NCBI GenBank assembly: GCA_025059805.1
Contig: JANXDG010000065.1
Location: 3,234 to 67,233, forward strand
From: Endomicrobiia bacterium
GTDB taxonomy: Bacteria; Elusimicrobiota; Endomicrobiia; DTEH01
Direction: 5' to 3'
DNA: 64,000 bases
Below the pieces are notes generated by a model. That model was given only the letters and a program-made list of their open reading frames with translations. It made no database searches and was not told where the DNA came from. Numbering within the stretch: position 1 is the stretch's first letter; every line of letters begins with the position of its first letter. Position numbers and translations under genes: made by a program. This document shows positions 43,278 to 53,348 of this stretch, piece by piece.

Positions 43278-45530
43278 ATGAGCCCGAAGATACCTTATAG
43301 ATGGAAATTGCGAGACAGCCCTTCTAATGTAGACATACAGCAGCTGGCACAAATATTTAAGTTCCCGACCACATTAATAAAAATACTTGTCAATCGCGGA
43401 TACGATACCGAAGAGAAAATAAAACGGTTTATAACTAACGACATAATTTACATTCAAAATCCATTTCTTTTCCCAGATATGGCAAATGCGGTAGAGATTA
43501 TCAAAAGACATATAGAGGGAAAAAACAACATCCTTATCTGGGGCGACAGAGATGTTGATGGTATTACATCGGTGTGCCTCTTGGTAAAAACTTTGAAAAT
43601 CTTAGGAGCTAATGTTGAATGGTATATACCACAAAGTGAAGGTTATGGTTTACATCTTGATGTTCTTAAGAAGTATATTGATAAGGTAAAACTAGTTATT
43701 ACGGTAGATTGTGGTATTACTGCTTATGAAGAAGTTAAATATCTAAAAGATAATGAAATTGATGTTGTTATTACAGACCATCACGAACCTGATATTCTTA
43801 CTAAAGATAAATTTGTTGAATTGAATGTTCCTGTAATTAACCCATATTTACCTGAATATACTGGATTTAAAGACCTTGCAGGTGTTGGTGTAGCATTTAA
43901 GCTTGTCACAGCACTTGTTATGTCGTATATCAAAAATTACTATAACAAAGATTTTGTAGTGTTAGACATTGAGACTACGGGACTTTCATGCTATGCTGAT
44001 GAAATCTGTGAAATTGCAGCTGTTAAAATTAGAAATTTTTTACCACAAGAAACTTTCCACACACTTGTTAAACCACACAATACAATACCTCAAGAAGTTG
44101 TCCGTATACATGGTATTACAAACGAGATGGTTAAAGATGCACCAACGATAGATAACATAATACCTCAGTTATTTGAATTTATAAAAGGAACAACACTGGT
44201 TGTTCACAATGCTGATTTTGACCTATCGTTTATCAATTTACAACTTAAAAAATTAGGATATCCAACGATAGATATATCTCAAGTAATTGATACTTTAAAA
44301 CTATCTCGTGAGTATTATCCTGTTGGTTCACATTCGCTTTCAGCACTTTCGGAAGATTTTATTTTTAAAAACCAACCGAGTCATCGTGCTATGGATGATG
44401 TTTTAGCAACAATTGAACTTTTTTATTATCTCTACTTTATATCTAACCCAAGATTAAGATTATTTATTGAAAACTGCCTACCGTATGTATGTTTAGGTAC
44501 AATTTCTGACCTTGTACCATTAATAGAGGATAATAGAATTATTGTCAAAAAAGGTATAGAAAATATGGTTTCTTCTAAAGAAGTGTGTTTTAAGATCATT
44601 ATTGATTATTTAAAACAAATGATAAATTCTTCAAACTTTACAAGCGAAGATATATCATGGTATATTATTCCTTTGCTTAACTCTGCTGGAAGAATGCAGG
44701 AAGTTTCGTTAGCAATAAACTTTTTGCTTGCTGAAGATAAAACTGAAGCTGAGGATTACTTTAGAAAACTTATTGAAATTAATAACAGAAGAAAAGCATT
44801 ACAAAATACTAATCTTTCAGTATTTTACAGTCTTGTTGAACAACAATGTAATTTGAAAGAAGATATCATTTTATTAGTTGTTGCTGAAAATGTTGAACAT
44901 GGTGTAACTGGTGTCATAGCAAACAATATGTTGCGCGAGTTTAACCGTCCTGTTATTCTTTTAATAACTGACAATGGTACTGCTACTGGTACCGCAAGAT
45001 CACCTAAAGGAACAAATATTTATGAATTATTAAAAAAGTGTGAACATTTATTTGAGAAATTTGGAGGGCATGAAAACGCCTGCGGACTTACGATAAATAA
45101 GGATAAAATTCCGGAATTTAGAAAACAACTTAAGGTTGTGGAAAAAGAACTAGTTATAACACCTCCTGTTCTTGAAATTGATACAGAGATAATTCCGGAA
45201 GAAATTAATTTTGAACTTTACAGATCTTTTGATTTATTAGAACCATGTGGTTATGAAAACCCATATCCAATTTTTTTGATTAAAAACCTTAAGATTGTAG
45301 ACTGGAAATATATAGGTAGGGAAAATTCAGCTGCCACAATTACTTTTGCGCCTTTAAGAAACGAACAAAAAACTGTTATTAATTCTATCTGTTGGGATAT
45401 GGATCAAGCTGATTTAACTAATATCTTGAAAAACTTTATGGTTTTTAATATTGTTGGTGAGATTGAACTGGATCCACAAAAAAAGAATGAACTAAGAGTT
45501 GTTCTACTTGACTTACAACCGGTTACTTAA
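43278..45530 (+). CDS. recJ: single-stranded-DNA-specific exonuclease RecJ with an inserted DnaQ-like DEDDh exonuclease domain
   Basis: DHH motifs GDRDVDGITS, VDCG, ITDHHEP and LAGVGVAFKL...LGTISDLVPL. DHHA1 motif GGHENACG. An insert at aa ~225-388 carries Exo I-III motifs. Confidence 0.85.
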   Translation: MSPKIPYRWKLRDSPSNVDIQQLAQIFKFPTTLIKILVNRGYDTEEKIKRFITNDIIYIQNPFLFPDMANAVEIIKRHIEGKNNILIWGDRDVDGITSVCLLVKTLKILGANVEWYIPQSEGYGLHLDVLKKYIDKVKLVITVDCGITAYEEVKYLKDNEIDVVITDHHEPDILTKDKFVELNVPVINPYLPEYTGFKDLAGVGVAFKLVTALVMSYIKNYYNKDFVVLDIETTGLSCYADEICEIAAVKIRNFLPQETFHTLVKPHNTIPQEVVRIHGITNEMVKDAPTIDNIIPQLFEFIKGTTLVVHNADFDLSFINLQLKKLGYPTIDISQVIDTLKLSREYYPVGSHSLSALSEDFIFKNQPSHRAMDDVLATIELFYYLYFISNPRLRLFIENCLPYVCLGTISDLVPLIEDNRIIVKKGIENMVSSKEVCFKIIIDYLKQMINSSNFTSEDISWYIIPLLNSAGRMQEVSLAINFLLAEDKTEAEDYFRKLIEINNRRKALQNTNLSVFYSLVEQQCNLKEDIILLVVAENVEHGVTGVIANNMLREFNRPVILLITDNGTATGTARSPKGTNIYELLKKCEHLFEKFGGHENACGLTINKDKIPEFRKQLKVVEKELVITPPVLEIDTEIIPEEINFELYRSFDLLEPCGYENPYPIFLIKNLKIVDWKYIGRENSAATITFAPLRNEQKTVINSICWDMDQADLTNILKNFMVFNIVGEIELDPQKKNELRVVLLDLQPVT
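43950..44441 (+). other. DEDDh (DnaQ/epsilon-like) 3'-5' exonuclease domain inserted in the RecJ DHH domain
   Basis: ExoI FVVLDIETTGLS, ExoII VVHNADFDLSFI and ExoIII SHRAMDDVLAT (H-x4-D). Confidence 0.75.
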
Positions 45531-45566
45531 TAAGGGAAAATATTATTAAAATAAAGGAAAGTAAAA

Positions 45567-46865
45567 ATGAATAAAACATACAAAGATTTCATAAATAAGC
45601 AATTAGAAACAAATACTGGATTACAACAAATTTATAATTTATTACCTAAACTTAAAGGTAAAAAGATTGTTACATTTTGCCACGATGATCCTGACGGCGT
45701 AACTTCAGGAATCATTTTTAAACGTTTAACAGATAAACTAGAAATTAATAATCATCTATTTTTCCCATACACCTTTCAATTATCACGAGAAGAAGTTGAG
45801 AACATCAAGGATATATATACGCCAAAAGCATTGTTTATCATTGATAAAGGTACTATCGAAACTTACAATAGTTTTATAGATCTAATTGAACATGTTGTTG
45901 TAATAGATCATCATCCTAAGATAGGAAATCAATTTGATAAAATTATAGTTTACAACCCTGCGATACCAAAGTATGTCCGTACTTCAGGTAGTTTTTTAGT
46001 ACACATACTTGCAAGTTTGTTTGATGCAACAACTCCATATGACGATTTTATTTGTCTTGTTGGAATGAAATGTGACTGGGCGGTAGACCCATTATATGAT
46101 GATATACCTGAATTTTCACAAATTTTTTTTAATGAACGAGTAAGAGAACAATATAATTGGCTTTTGCAGAAAAGGATAAACTTAAGACCAACAATGTTTG
46201 ATATAAAGAATCCTAATCAAACATGTCTGCTTAACCAAATTTCTGAACTTTTCTTTGGGGTTACCGGTGGCGGTTTCCAATACTTTTATAATTCTTACGA
46301 TGAAAGACTGAAATACATTGACCAGCCAAAATTATGTTTTGAAACTTTTATTCAAGAATTTCCACTACCAAAAATTAATACAGTAGATGAATTTATTGAT
46401 CTGTTAAATAATAAGGAAGTTGTACATATTATCTATAAATATTTTTTAAATGACTGGGATAAAACTGAAAATTTATTTGATACTAACACAATGTTAGTGA
46501 AGTATTACAAAGGTATAAAAATATTCTTTTTCTTTGGCAAAGACGTAAAACTTATGCCTATGGTAGGTTCAAAAAAATTATATCAGCTATCTGACAATTC
46601 GGAATCTGTAATTATTATGTTTAACTCAGAACCTAACAACAGTATACATGTATCTCTTCGTGGTAATACTAATAAGATTCACCTCGGACATCTAGCATCA
46701 TCGCTTGCTGAACAGTTAAATTCACAATTAAATGACAAAACAAAAATTTCAGGTGGTGGTCATCCGTTCGCTGCAGAATGCAAAATTAAAGATGCTGCAG
46801 CGGATTTAATGTCAGTATTAAAATATACAATCCATTTTTTAGAACAACAGTTAAATACAGAATAA
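45567..46865 (+). CDS. DHH/DHHA1 family phosphoesterase (NrnA/RecJ-like)
   Basis: FCHDDPDGVTSG, VVIDHHP and GGGHPFAAE. Confidence 0.75.
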   Translation: MNKTYKDFINKQLETNTGLQQIYNLLPKLKGKKIVTFCHDDPDGVTSGIIFKRLTDKLEINNHLFFPYTFQLSREEVENIKDIYTPKALFIIDKGTIETYNSFIDLIEHVVVIDHHPKIGNQFDKIIVYNPAIPKYVRTSGSFLVHILASLFDATTPYDDFICLVGMKCDWAVDPLYDDIPEFSQIFFNERVREQYNWLLQKRINLRPTMFDIKNPNQTCLLNQISELFFGVTGGGFQYFYNSYDERLKYIDQPKLCFETFIQEFPLPKINTVDEFIDLLNNKEVVHIIYKYFLNDWDKTENLFDTNTMLVKYYKGIKIFFFFGKDVKLMPMVGSKKLYQLSDNSESVIIMFNSEPNNSIHVSLRGNTNKIHLGHLASSLAEQLNSQLNDKTKISGGGHPFAAECKIKDAAADLMSVLKYTIHFLEQQLNTE

Positions 46866-46868
46866 TCT

Positions 46869-47255
46869 ATGTCTGAAAATAAATTAATTAAAGAAATTAT
46901 TTCAAAAAAAATTTTTGCTGTCATAGGTTCGTTTAGGAACGAACAAAAAGTTGCATATAAAATCTTCAGAAAACTTACTGCTAAAGGTTACAAAGTATAC
47001 CCTATAAATCCTACAATGAAGGAAATAGATGGAGTGATGTGTTATCCATCTCTGTCGGAACTGCCTGAGAAACCTGAAGTTGTTAATATAGTAACTCCGC
47101 CACAGGTTTCTTTAGAAATTGTCAAACAATGTAAAGAGATAGGAATACAATATATCTGGCTACAGCCTGGAGCAGAAAATGAAGAAGTTATAGATTATTG
47201 TAGAAAAAACAATTTAAAAGTTGTATATGGCAGTTGTATTATGCTAAATACTTAA
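46869..47255 (+). CDS. CoA-binding domain protein (YccU/YneT-like)
   Basis: 128 aa. IAVIGSFRNEQKVAYKIFRKLTAKGYKVYPINP and IWLQPGAE. Confidence 0.75.
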   Translation: MSENKLIKEIISKKIFAVIGSFRNEQKVAYKIFRKLTAKGYKVYPINPTMKEIDGVMCYPSLSELPEKPEVVNIVTPPQVSLEIVKQCKEIGIQYIWLQPGAENEEVIDYCRKNNLKVVYGSCIMLNT

Positions 47256-47277
47256 CTGTTTGTAAGAGGAGATAAAA

Positions 47278-47610
47278 ATGCAAAAACAATATTCCACAGT
47301 TGATGTTTTTCTTAAATCTCTAATATATAAATTTAAAACTTATCAAAATTTGATAAATATCACAATAAAACATTTACTTGGTAAAACATTTTATAGAAAA
47401 GATAAAGATTATTACGGATACATTGGAGAGTCTAAACAGTTATATTGTAAACATAGTAAAATTTCAAGGTTGTCTTCAACAAAATTTTATTGTTCAGACT
47501 GTGGTAAGATTCTGCATTTTGTACCAGAAGAGATTACTATAATCTCAGAACTTATAGGGATATTCTTAGTAGCCTCTATAGTTTATCTTCTCACCAAAAA
47601 GAAAAATTAG
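47278..47610 (+). CDS. hypothetical small protein with a Cys-pair (zinc-ribbon-like) region and C-terminal membrane helix
   Basis: 110 aa. C-x17-CxxC region (YCKHSKISRLSSTKFYCSDCGK). C-terminal LIGIFLVASIVYLL. GGAG-type SD upstream (AAGAGGAGA). Confidence 0.4.
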   Translation: MQKQYSTVDVFLKSLIYKFKTYQNLINITIKHLLGKTFYRKDKDYYGYIGESKQLYCKHSKISRLSSTKFYCSDCGKILHFVPEEITIISELIGIFLVASIVYLLTKKKN

Positions 47611-47625
47611 TTAATATTTCCAATT

Positions 47626-48669
47626 CTAAAGTTTATACATCTGTTCAATGAGTTCATCAACACAATCTTCAATACTAACTTTTTTCAGAATTTTACCTTT
47701 TACAAATAAGACGCCTGAATTTTTACCTAACGCAATACCAACATCTGCTGAACTTGCTTCACCAGGACCGTTAACTTCACAACCCATTATTGCTACTTTT
47801 AGATTTTTATATTCTAACTTCTTCCTTCTCAGTTCTTCTTGAAACTTCGTAATTATGGATAATAAATCAACTTTGCATCTGCCACAGGTTGGACAAGAAA
47901 TTAAATCTACACCATAACGTGCAAGTCCTAACGATTGCAATATTGTATATCCAACTTTAACTTCGTCAACTGGAGAAGAAGATAAAGATACTCTTATTGT
48001 GTCACCGATACCGTTCCACAACAATATACCTATGCCCAAAGCTGACTTTATACTACCTTCAAGCAAAGGTCCAGCCTCTGTTATACCTAAATGTAAAGGA
48101 TATTTGTATCTTTTAGCTAATGTTTGATAAATCTCAACAGTAGAACTAACATCTGCAGTTTTTGCTGATATCACAAGTTTTTTAAATCTGTATTTTTCAA
48201 ATATATCAACAAACTTTTCTGCCTGTGCGATTATTAGTGATTTTATATTTTTAACTCGTCTTTTATACGAACCTGCGTTAAGCCCGATACGTACTGCAAC
48301 ATCGTAATCCTTAGCTGCCTTTATAATCTCTACTACTCTATCTAAAGAACCAATATTTGCAGGATTTATTCTTACTTTGTCAATACCATTTTTAATACAT
48401 TGTATCGCAAGTTTATAATTAAAATGTACATCTGCAACCAACGGTATTTTAACCTTAGATTTTATTACCTTTATTGCATCAGCCGATGCACTATCAGGTA
48501 CTGCTAAACGTACAAGTTTACCACCAACTTGTTCAATCTGCTTTATTTGCTGAACCGTATCTTCAATATTTGTAGTCAAAGTTTTAGTCATCGTTTGAAC
48601 AACTATAGGATTACCACCTCCGATAATTAAGTTACCAACTTTGACTGGTATTGTACGAATCCTTTTCAT
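47626..48669 (-). CDS. ispG: 4-hydroxy-3-methylbut-2-en-1-yl diphosphate synthase
   Basis: PIVVQTMT, RINPGN-like RINPANIG, CPTCGRC and MGCEVNGPGE. Confidence 0.92.
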   Translation of the reverse strand: MKRIRTIPVKVGNLIIGGGNPIVVQTMTKTLTTNIEDTVQQIKQIEQVGGKLVRLAVPDSASADAIKVIKSKVKIPLVADVHFNYKLAIQCIKNGIDKVRINPANIGSLDRVVEIIKAAKDYDVAVRIGLNAGSYKRRVKNIKSLIIAQAEKFVDIFEKYRFKKLVISAKTADVSSTVEIYQTLAKRYKYPLHLGITEAGPLLEGSIKSALGIGILLWNGIGDTIRVSLSSSPVDEVKVGYTILQSLGLARYGVDLISCPTCGRCKVDLLSIITKFQEELRRKKLEYKNLKVAIMGCEVNGPGEASSADVGIALGKNSGVLFVKGKILKKVSIEDCVDELIEQMYKL

Positions 48670-48680
48670 TTTTATGTAAA

Positions 48681-49592
48681 TTAGAAAGTAATTAATCGTT
48701 TTATCTCGTTATATCGTCTGATGATATCAGAGTAACTAATGTTATAAATTTTGTTAATACTAAAATCTTCTACGCAGAATGATGCAGTCGCAGTGCCATA
48801 TATGACCGCTTGACGTAATAATTTCTCAGAAAATTTTTTTCCATTACTTAAGCTTAATGTTAAATATCCCATTACACCGCCGGCAAAACTATCTCCTGCA
48901 CCAGTTGGATCATAAACATTCTCCAGTGGATACGCAGGAGTTGAAAAAATTTTGTCACCATAGAAACAAATAGCTCCGTACTCACCACGTTTCACAACTA
49001 CGATTTTTGTACCTAATTTTTTTACATATTTCGCTGCTTTCAGTATATTATATTCTTCAGCAAGTTTTCTTATCTCAGACTCATTAATAAATAGTATGTC
49101 CACTACTTTAAGAATTTTCTTTAACTCTTTGCGTTTATTTTCTATCCAACAGTCTATCGTATCACATGCAACTAAAACAGGATTGTTAATCTGCGTATAC
49201 ACATTATACTGTAGCTCAGGATTTATATTACCTAAGAAAACAAATTTAATATTTTTTAATTCAGGAGATAAAGTTGGATTAAATCTTGCAAATACATTAA
49301 CTTCTGTTTTAACCGTATGTGCAACATTAAGATCATACTCATAATATCCTTGCCAGAAAAAAGTTTTGCCTTCGGTTACTTGTATATATGAAGTATCAAT
49401 ATTATGTTTTTGTAACATTTTTATATATTCCCTTTTAAAATTTTTACCCACAACACCTACGACTATTGGTTTGACAAAATAACTCGCTGCTATTGACGCG
49501 TAAACCGCAGAACCACCTATTGCTTTTTTTACTCTACCGAACGGTGTTTTTATACTATCAAATGCTATTGAACCTATGATAAGTAAACTCAT
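48681..49592 (-). CDS. PfkB-family carbohydrate/nucleoside kinase
   Basis: DPTGAGDSFAGG near the C-terminus and an N-terminal GGSAxN-like motif. Confidence 0.75.
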   Translation of the reverse strand: MSLLIIGSIAFDSIKTPFGRVKKAIGGSAVYASIAASYFVKPIVVGVVGKNFKREYIKMLQKHNIDTSYIQVTEGKTFFWQGYYEYDLNVAHTVKTEVNVFARFNPTLSPELKNIKFVFLGNINPELQYNVYTQINNPVLVACDTIDCWIENKRKELKKILKVVDILFINESEIRKLAEEYNILKAAKYVKKLGTKIVVVKRGEYGAICFYGDKIFSTPAYPLENVYDPTGAGDSFAGGVMGYLTLSLSNGKKFSEKLLRQAVIYGTATASFCVEDFSINKIYNISYSDIIRRYNEIKRLITF

Positions 49593-50485
49593 TTTTTCCC
49601 TTCTTCAAAGTATTTTTTTAACAATAATCTCAATTTTTTATACGTAGCTTTATTAATAAATTCTTTTTTAGTGACTATCGCATACTTTAGTGCATCCTTA
49701 CAGATACAATTACGGTTATTTATATCAATTTTTGATATAATTAAACTCAACAATTTCTTACAATTTTGTGTATTTGCTTTCATATTTTCCAAAACTTCAT
49801 CTATAGTAACTTCCTTATCCTCTTTCCATACATCATAATCGGTAACAAGAGCTATCGTGACATAACACATTTCAGCTTCACGAGCAAGTTTCGCTTCTGG
49901 TAATGCAGTCATACCTATTATATCAAAACCAAGTTGACGATAAACCTTAGATTCTGCCTTAGTAGAAAATTGTGGCCCTTCAATACAAACATATGTTCCC
50001 CCATAATGTACTTTGACTCCTAACTCTTTACAGCAATCATAAACTAATCTTCGTAGATTTTCACAATATGGCTGTGAAAACGATATATGGCATGCAATAC
50101 CATTACCAAAAAAAGTTTGTCTCCTAAATTTTGTTCTGTCATAAATTTGGTCAGGTAAAACGAAATCTCGTGGATGTATTTCTTCCCTGAGTGAACCACA
50201 TGCTGAAATACTTATTAAAAACTCTACTCCAAGAAGTTTCATTGCATAAATGTTAGCATGAACATTTATTTCCGTAGGTAAAATTGTATGACCTTTACCG
50301 TGACGAGGTAAAAATGCAACTTTTTTACCTTGAAGTTTACCAACTATTATTTTGTCAGAAGGTTTGCCAAACGGAGTTTGTATTTCGTGAGCAGAAATGT
50401 CACTTAATCCTTCTATGTTGTAGACACCACTACCGCCGATTATGCCTATCTTTACATCTGTTGGCAATTTTTGTTTTGCTACCAT
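49589..50485 (-). CDS. mtnP: S-methyl-5'-thioadenosine phosphorylase
   Basis: IGIIGGSG, FLPRHG, GPQFSTKAES and MTALPEAKLAREAE. Start placed at ATG 50485, 10 nt after GGAGG; the track start at 50506 is a TTG. Confidence 0.85.
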   Translation of the reverse strand: MVAKQKLPTDVKIGIIGGSGVYNIEGLSDISAHEIQTPFGKPSDKIIVGKLQGKKVAFLPRHGKGHTILPTEINVHANIYAMKLLGVEFLISISACGSLREEIHPRDFVLPDQIYDRTKFRRQTFFGNGIACHISFSQPYCENLRRLVYDCCKELGVKVHYGGTYVCIEGPQFSTKAESKVYRQLGFDIIGMTALPEAKLAREAEMCYVTIALVTDYDVWKEDKEVTIDEVLENMKANTQNCKKLLSLIISKIDINNRNCICKDALKYAIVTKKEFINKATYKKLRLLLKKYFEEGKK

Positions 50486-50522
50486 TTCAAACCTACCTCC
50501 ATACAAGTAAGATAAAAATTAA

Positions 50523-51839
50523 TTATGCTTTCATAACATTACAAAATTTCTTACCTAAATAATTCTGAACTGCATTTCGTGTATCCACTATCAATTTTGC
50601 ATTTTTTACTATCATATCGTAATCATAACTTGAATGGTCAGTAACTATTACAATACAATCATATTTTCTGATTTTATTTGGTGACAAATTTACAGATTTT
50701 TTAACAATTTTAAACTTTCTCATTGATGGCGTTTTGGGAATATAGGGATCGTTGTAGTCAACTCTTGCACCATGTTTTTCAAGTAATTCTATAATTTTAA
50801 ACGAAGGTGATTCACGAGGATCACCAATATCTTTCTTGTATGACAATCCAAGTACTAAAATTTTTGCACCGTTTAACGGTTTTTTTTGTTTGTTTAAAAC
50901 TTCAATTATTTTTTCCACAACATATTCTGGCATTCGTATGTTTATTTGTCCAGCAAGTTCTATAAACTTTGTAGTGAAATCATACTTTTTCGCTATATAA
51001 GAAAGATAAAATGGATCCACAGGGATACAATGTCCACCCCAGCCTGGACCAGGATAAAATGGCATAAATCCAAACGGTTTCGTCTTTGAAGCATTTATTA
51101 CTTCCCAAATGTCTATCCCCATACGGTCAAAAAGCATCTTAAGCTCATTTACCAAAGCAATATTTACAGCACGAAATGTATTTTCTAACATTTTCGTAGC
51201 TTCAGCAACTTCCGCTGAAGAAACTAATATAGCTTTCTTAACAACTTGAGAGTAAAACATATGCGCTATTTTTCCTGAAATTTTGTCAACACCGCCTACT
51301 ATTTTAGGTATTGTTTCCGTCGTGTAATCTTTTCTTCCAGGATCTTCACGTTCAGGCGAAAATGCTAAGAAAAAATCTTTACCGCATTTAAATCCTGTTT
51401 TTTCTAAAATAGGTTTTACAACATTACGTGTAGTTGTAGGATAAGTTGTTGACTCTAAAACAACTAACTGAAATTTTCGTAAATATTTAGCAATTGTTTC
51501 ACAGGTAGATATTACATAACTTAAATCTGGTTCATTACTTTCGGTTGTAGGTGTTGGAACACAAATAATTATAATATCACACTCTTTAAGTTTAGCAAAA
51601 TTACTTGTTGGAGTGAAACTAGTGACATTTTTAATTTCTTCATCTGGGATGTGAGAAATATAACTTTTTCCTTCAAGAAGAAGTTTTATTTTACTTTTAT
51701 CAATATCAAAACCATAAGTTTGAAATCCTTTTTTGGTAACCAAAATTGCTAAAGGTAACCCTACATAACCTAGTCCTATTATTCCAACAACAGCTTTTTT
51801 ATTAACAATTTTTTCTTCTATCATTCCTTGTGATACCAC
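50523..51839 (-). CDS. nucleotide-sugar 6-dehydrogenase (UDP-glucose/GDP-mannose dehydrogenase family, WecC/TviB/WbpA-like)
   Basis: VGIIGLGYVGLP (NAD site) and GWGGHCIPVDP (catalytic Cys). Confidence 0.85.
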   Translation of the reverse strand: MVSQGMIEEKIVNKKAVVGIIGLGYVGLPLAILVTKKGFQTYGFDIDKSKIKLLLEGKSYISHIPDEEIKNVTSFTPTSNFAKLKECDIIIICVPTPTTESNEPDLSYVISTCETIAKYLRKFQLVVLESTTYPTTTRNVVKPILEKTGFKCGKDFFLAFSPEREDPGRKDYTTETIPKIVGGVDKISGKIAHMFYSQVVKKAILVSSAEVAEATKMLENTFRAVNIALVNELKMLFDRMGIDIWEVINASKTKPFGFMPFYPGPGWGGHCIPVDPFYLSYIAKKYDFTTKFIELAGQINIRMPEYVVEKIIEVLNKQKKPLNGAKILVLGLSYKKDIGDPRESPSFKIIELLEKHGARVDYNDPYIPKTPSMRKFKIVKKSVNLSPNKIRKYDCIVIVTDHSSYDYDMIVKNAKLIVDTRNAVQNYLGKKFCNVMKA

Positions 51840-51861
51840 TTTTCTTAAACATTAAAAAGAA

Positions 51862-52314
51862 TTAAAGTTCTTTCATCATCAAAAACGCATCTTCATCGTT
51901 GTAAAACTTTGACTTTGTTAAAACTATGTTGAACCCAAATTTCTTATAAAATTTTATAGCGCTACTGTTATTAACTCCTACTTCAAGAGTAACTGTAGTA
52001 ATACCTCCGCTTCTTAACTTGTGAAGTAAAAAATCTAACAACGCACTCCCAACTCCTAAATTTTGATAAGATTTCTTCACAGAAAGATTATGTATATGCG
52101 CAGTTTCACCAGAGATCCAGCAAATGATATATCCTATAACTTCATTTTCAATTTTCGCAATATAAAATTTGCTTAGTTCGTTAGGAAGTTGTAAATTAAA
52201 TATAAAAAAGTGTCTGCTCCAGGGAAACTTAAAATTTTCTATTTCTATGTTATAAATCTCGTCAATATCAGTAAGTTGAACTTCTGTTATTTCTAAGTTT
52301 TTAATTACTAACAT
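51862..52314 (-). CDS. rimI: GNAT N-acetyltransferase, RimI-like
   Basis: HNLSVKKSYQNLGVGSALL (acetyl-CoA Q/RxxGxG/A motif). Start trimmed to ATG 52314; the longer ORF overlaps pdxA by about 100 nt. Confidence 0.7.
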   Translation of the reverse strand: MLVIKNLEITEVQLTDIDEIYNIEIENFKFPWSRHFFIFNLQLPNELSKFYIAKIENEVIGYIICWISGETAHIHNLSVKKSYQNLGVGSALLDFLLHKLRSGGITTVTLEVGVNNSSAIKFYKKFGFNIVLTKSKFYNDEDAFLMMKEL

Positions 52315-53344
52315 TGTTAACGAATTCACTAAGTTTTTGAATGCATAATTTTGTTGCAGAAACATCAGCTTTATCTTTAAGATAAATATCAGAAGCTGTC
52401 CCATGTCCCGGAGATACTCTTATGAAAGGCAAACCTACTGTTACATTAACAAGGTTATACATACAAAGGAGTTTCAAAGGTATCATTGCCTGATCATGAT
52501 ACGTTGTTACTACAAGTACTTCTTTACTTCGTCTTGCATAATAGAAAGCATCTGATGCTTGAATAGGGAATACAACTTCTTTTTTTGTAAGTCTCCTTAT
52601 CAACGCAACACTTTTAGATAGCACAGTTCTTTCTTCATATCCGACATATCCTTGTTCGCCACTATGTGGATTAATATTACAGAAAAGAATTTTTTTTATT
52701 TTAACATTTTCATATTTATCTACAAAGTTAACCACATTGGTCACCTGCTTTGATATTTCTTTAACGTTCAAATTACCACTAACACTACATAGCGGGATAT
52801 GCCGTGTCAACATTAACACACGGTATAAATTTTCTTCCTTATCTATTCCTTCCATTAACATAGCAATATTTTGTTTTTTCACATTAAACTTTTCAGCAAA
52901 ATATTCCGTATGTCCTAAAAATTTAGAGTTAAATTTCATAATATTACACTTAGAAACCGGCATCGTAAGAACAACTACTGGTTTTTGTAATTCAATAAAT
53001 TTTTTAATTATACCTGTTAATTTTTCCAAAGTATGTAACGCAATTAATCCAGAAAAACTGTCAGTATAGTTTATCTTTCCTTTTTTTGGCGAAACATCAA
53101 TAAAAAGAAAAGTATTTTCAGGTAATGTTACTGATTCAAATTGTGTAACAGTCTTTTCGTTTACAACTAAAGGTTGGATTTTTATTTTATATTTAGATGC
53201 TAAAAGTTTTAACCAGGATTGGTTCCCAATATAGATAGGAATAAATTTTTTTTGTTCTTTAACAACCTTTATTGTCTTTAGTATAAGTTCATAGCTAACA
53301 CCTAACGGTTCTCCACAACTTACTAATAACCGATATTTCATCAC
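52301..53344 (-). CDS. pdxA: 4-hydroxythreonine-4-phosphate dehydrogenase
   Basis: GHTEYFA, NPHSGEQG and VSPGHGTA. The conserved surA-pdxA gene order supports the call. Confidence 0.88.
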   Translation of the reverse strand: MMKYRLLVSCGEPLGVSYELILKTIKVVKEQKKFIPIYIGNQSWLKLLASKYKIKIQPLVVNEKTVTQFESVTLPENTFLFIDVSPKKGKINYTDSFSGLIALHTLEKLTGIIKKFIELQKPVVVLTMPVSKCNIMKFNSKFLGHTEYFAEKFNVKKQNIAMLMEGIDKEENLYRVLMLTRHIPLCSVSGNLNVKEISKQVTNVVNFVDKYENVKIKKILFCNINPHSGEQGYVGYEERTVLSKSVALIRRLTKKEVVFPIQASDAFYYARRSKEVLVVTTYHDQAMIPLKLLCMYNLVNVTVGLPFIRVSPGHGTASDIYLKDKADVSATKLCIQKLSEFVNNVSN

Positions 53345-53348
53345 ATAA

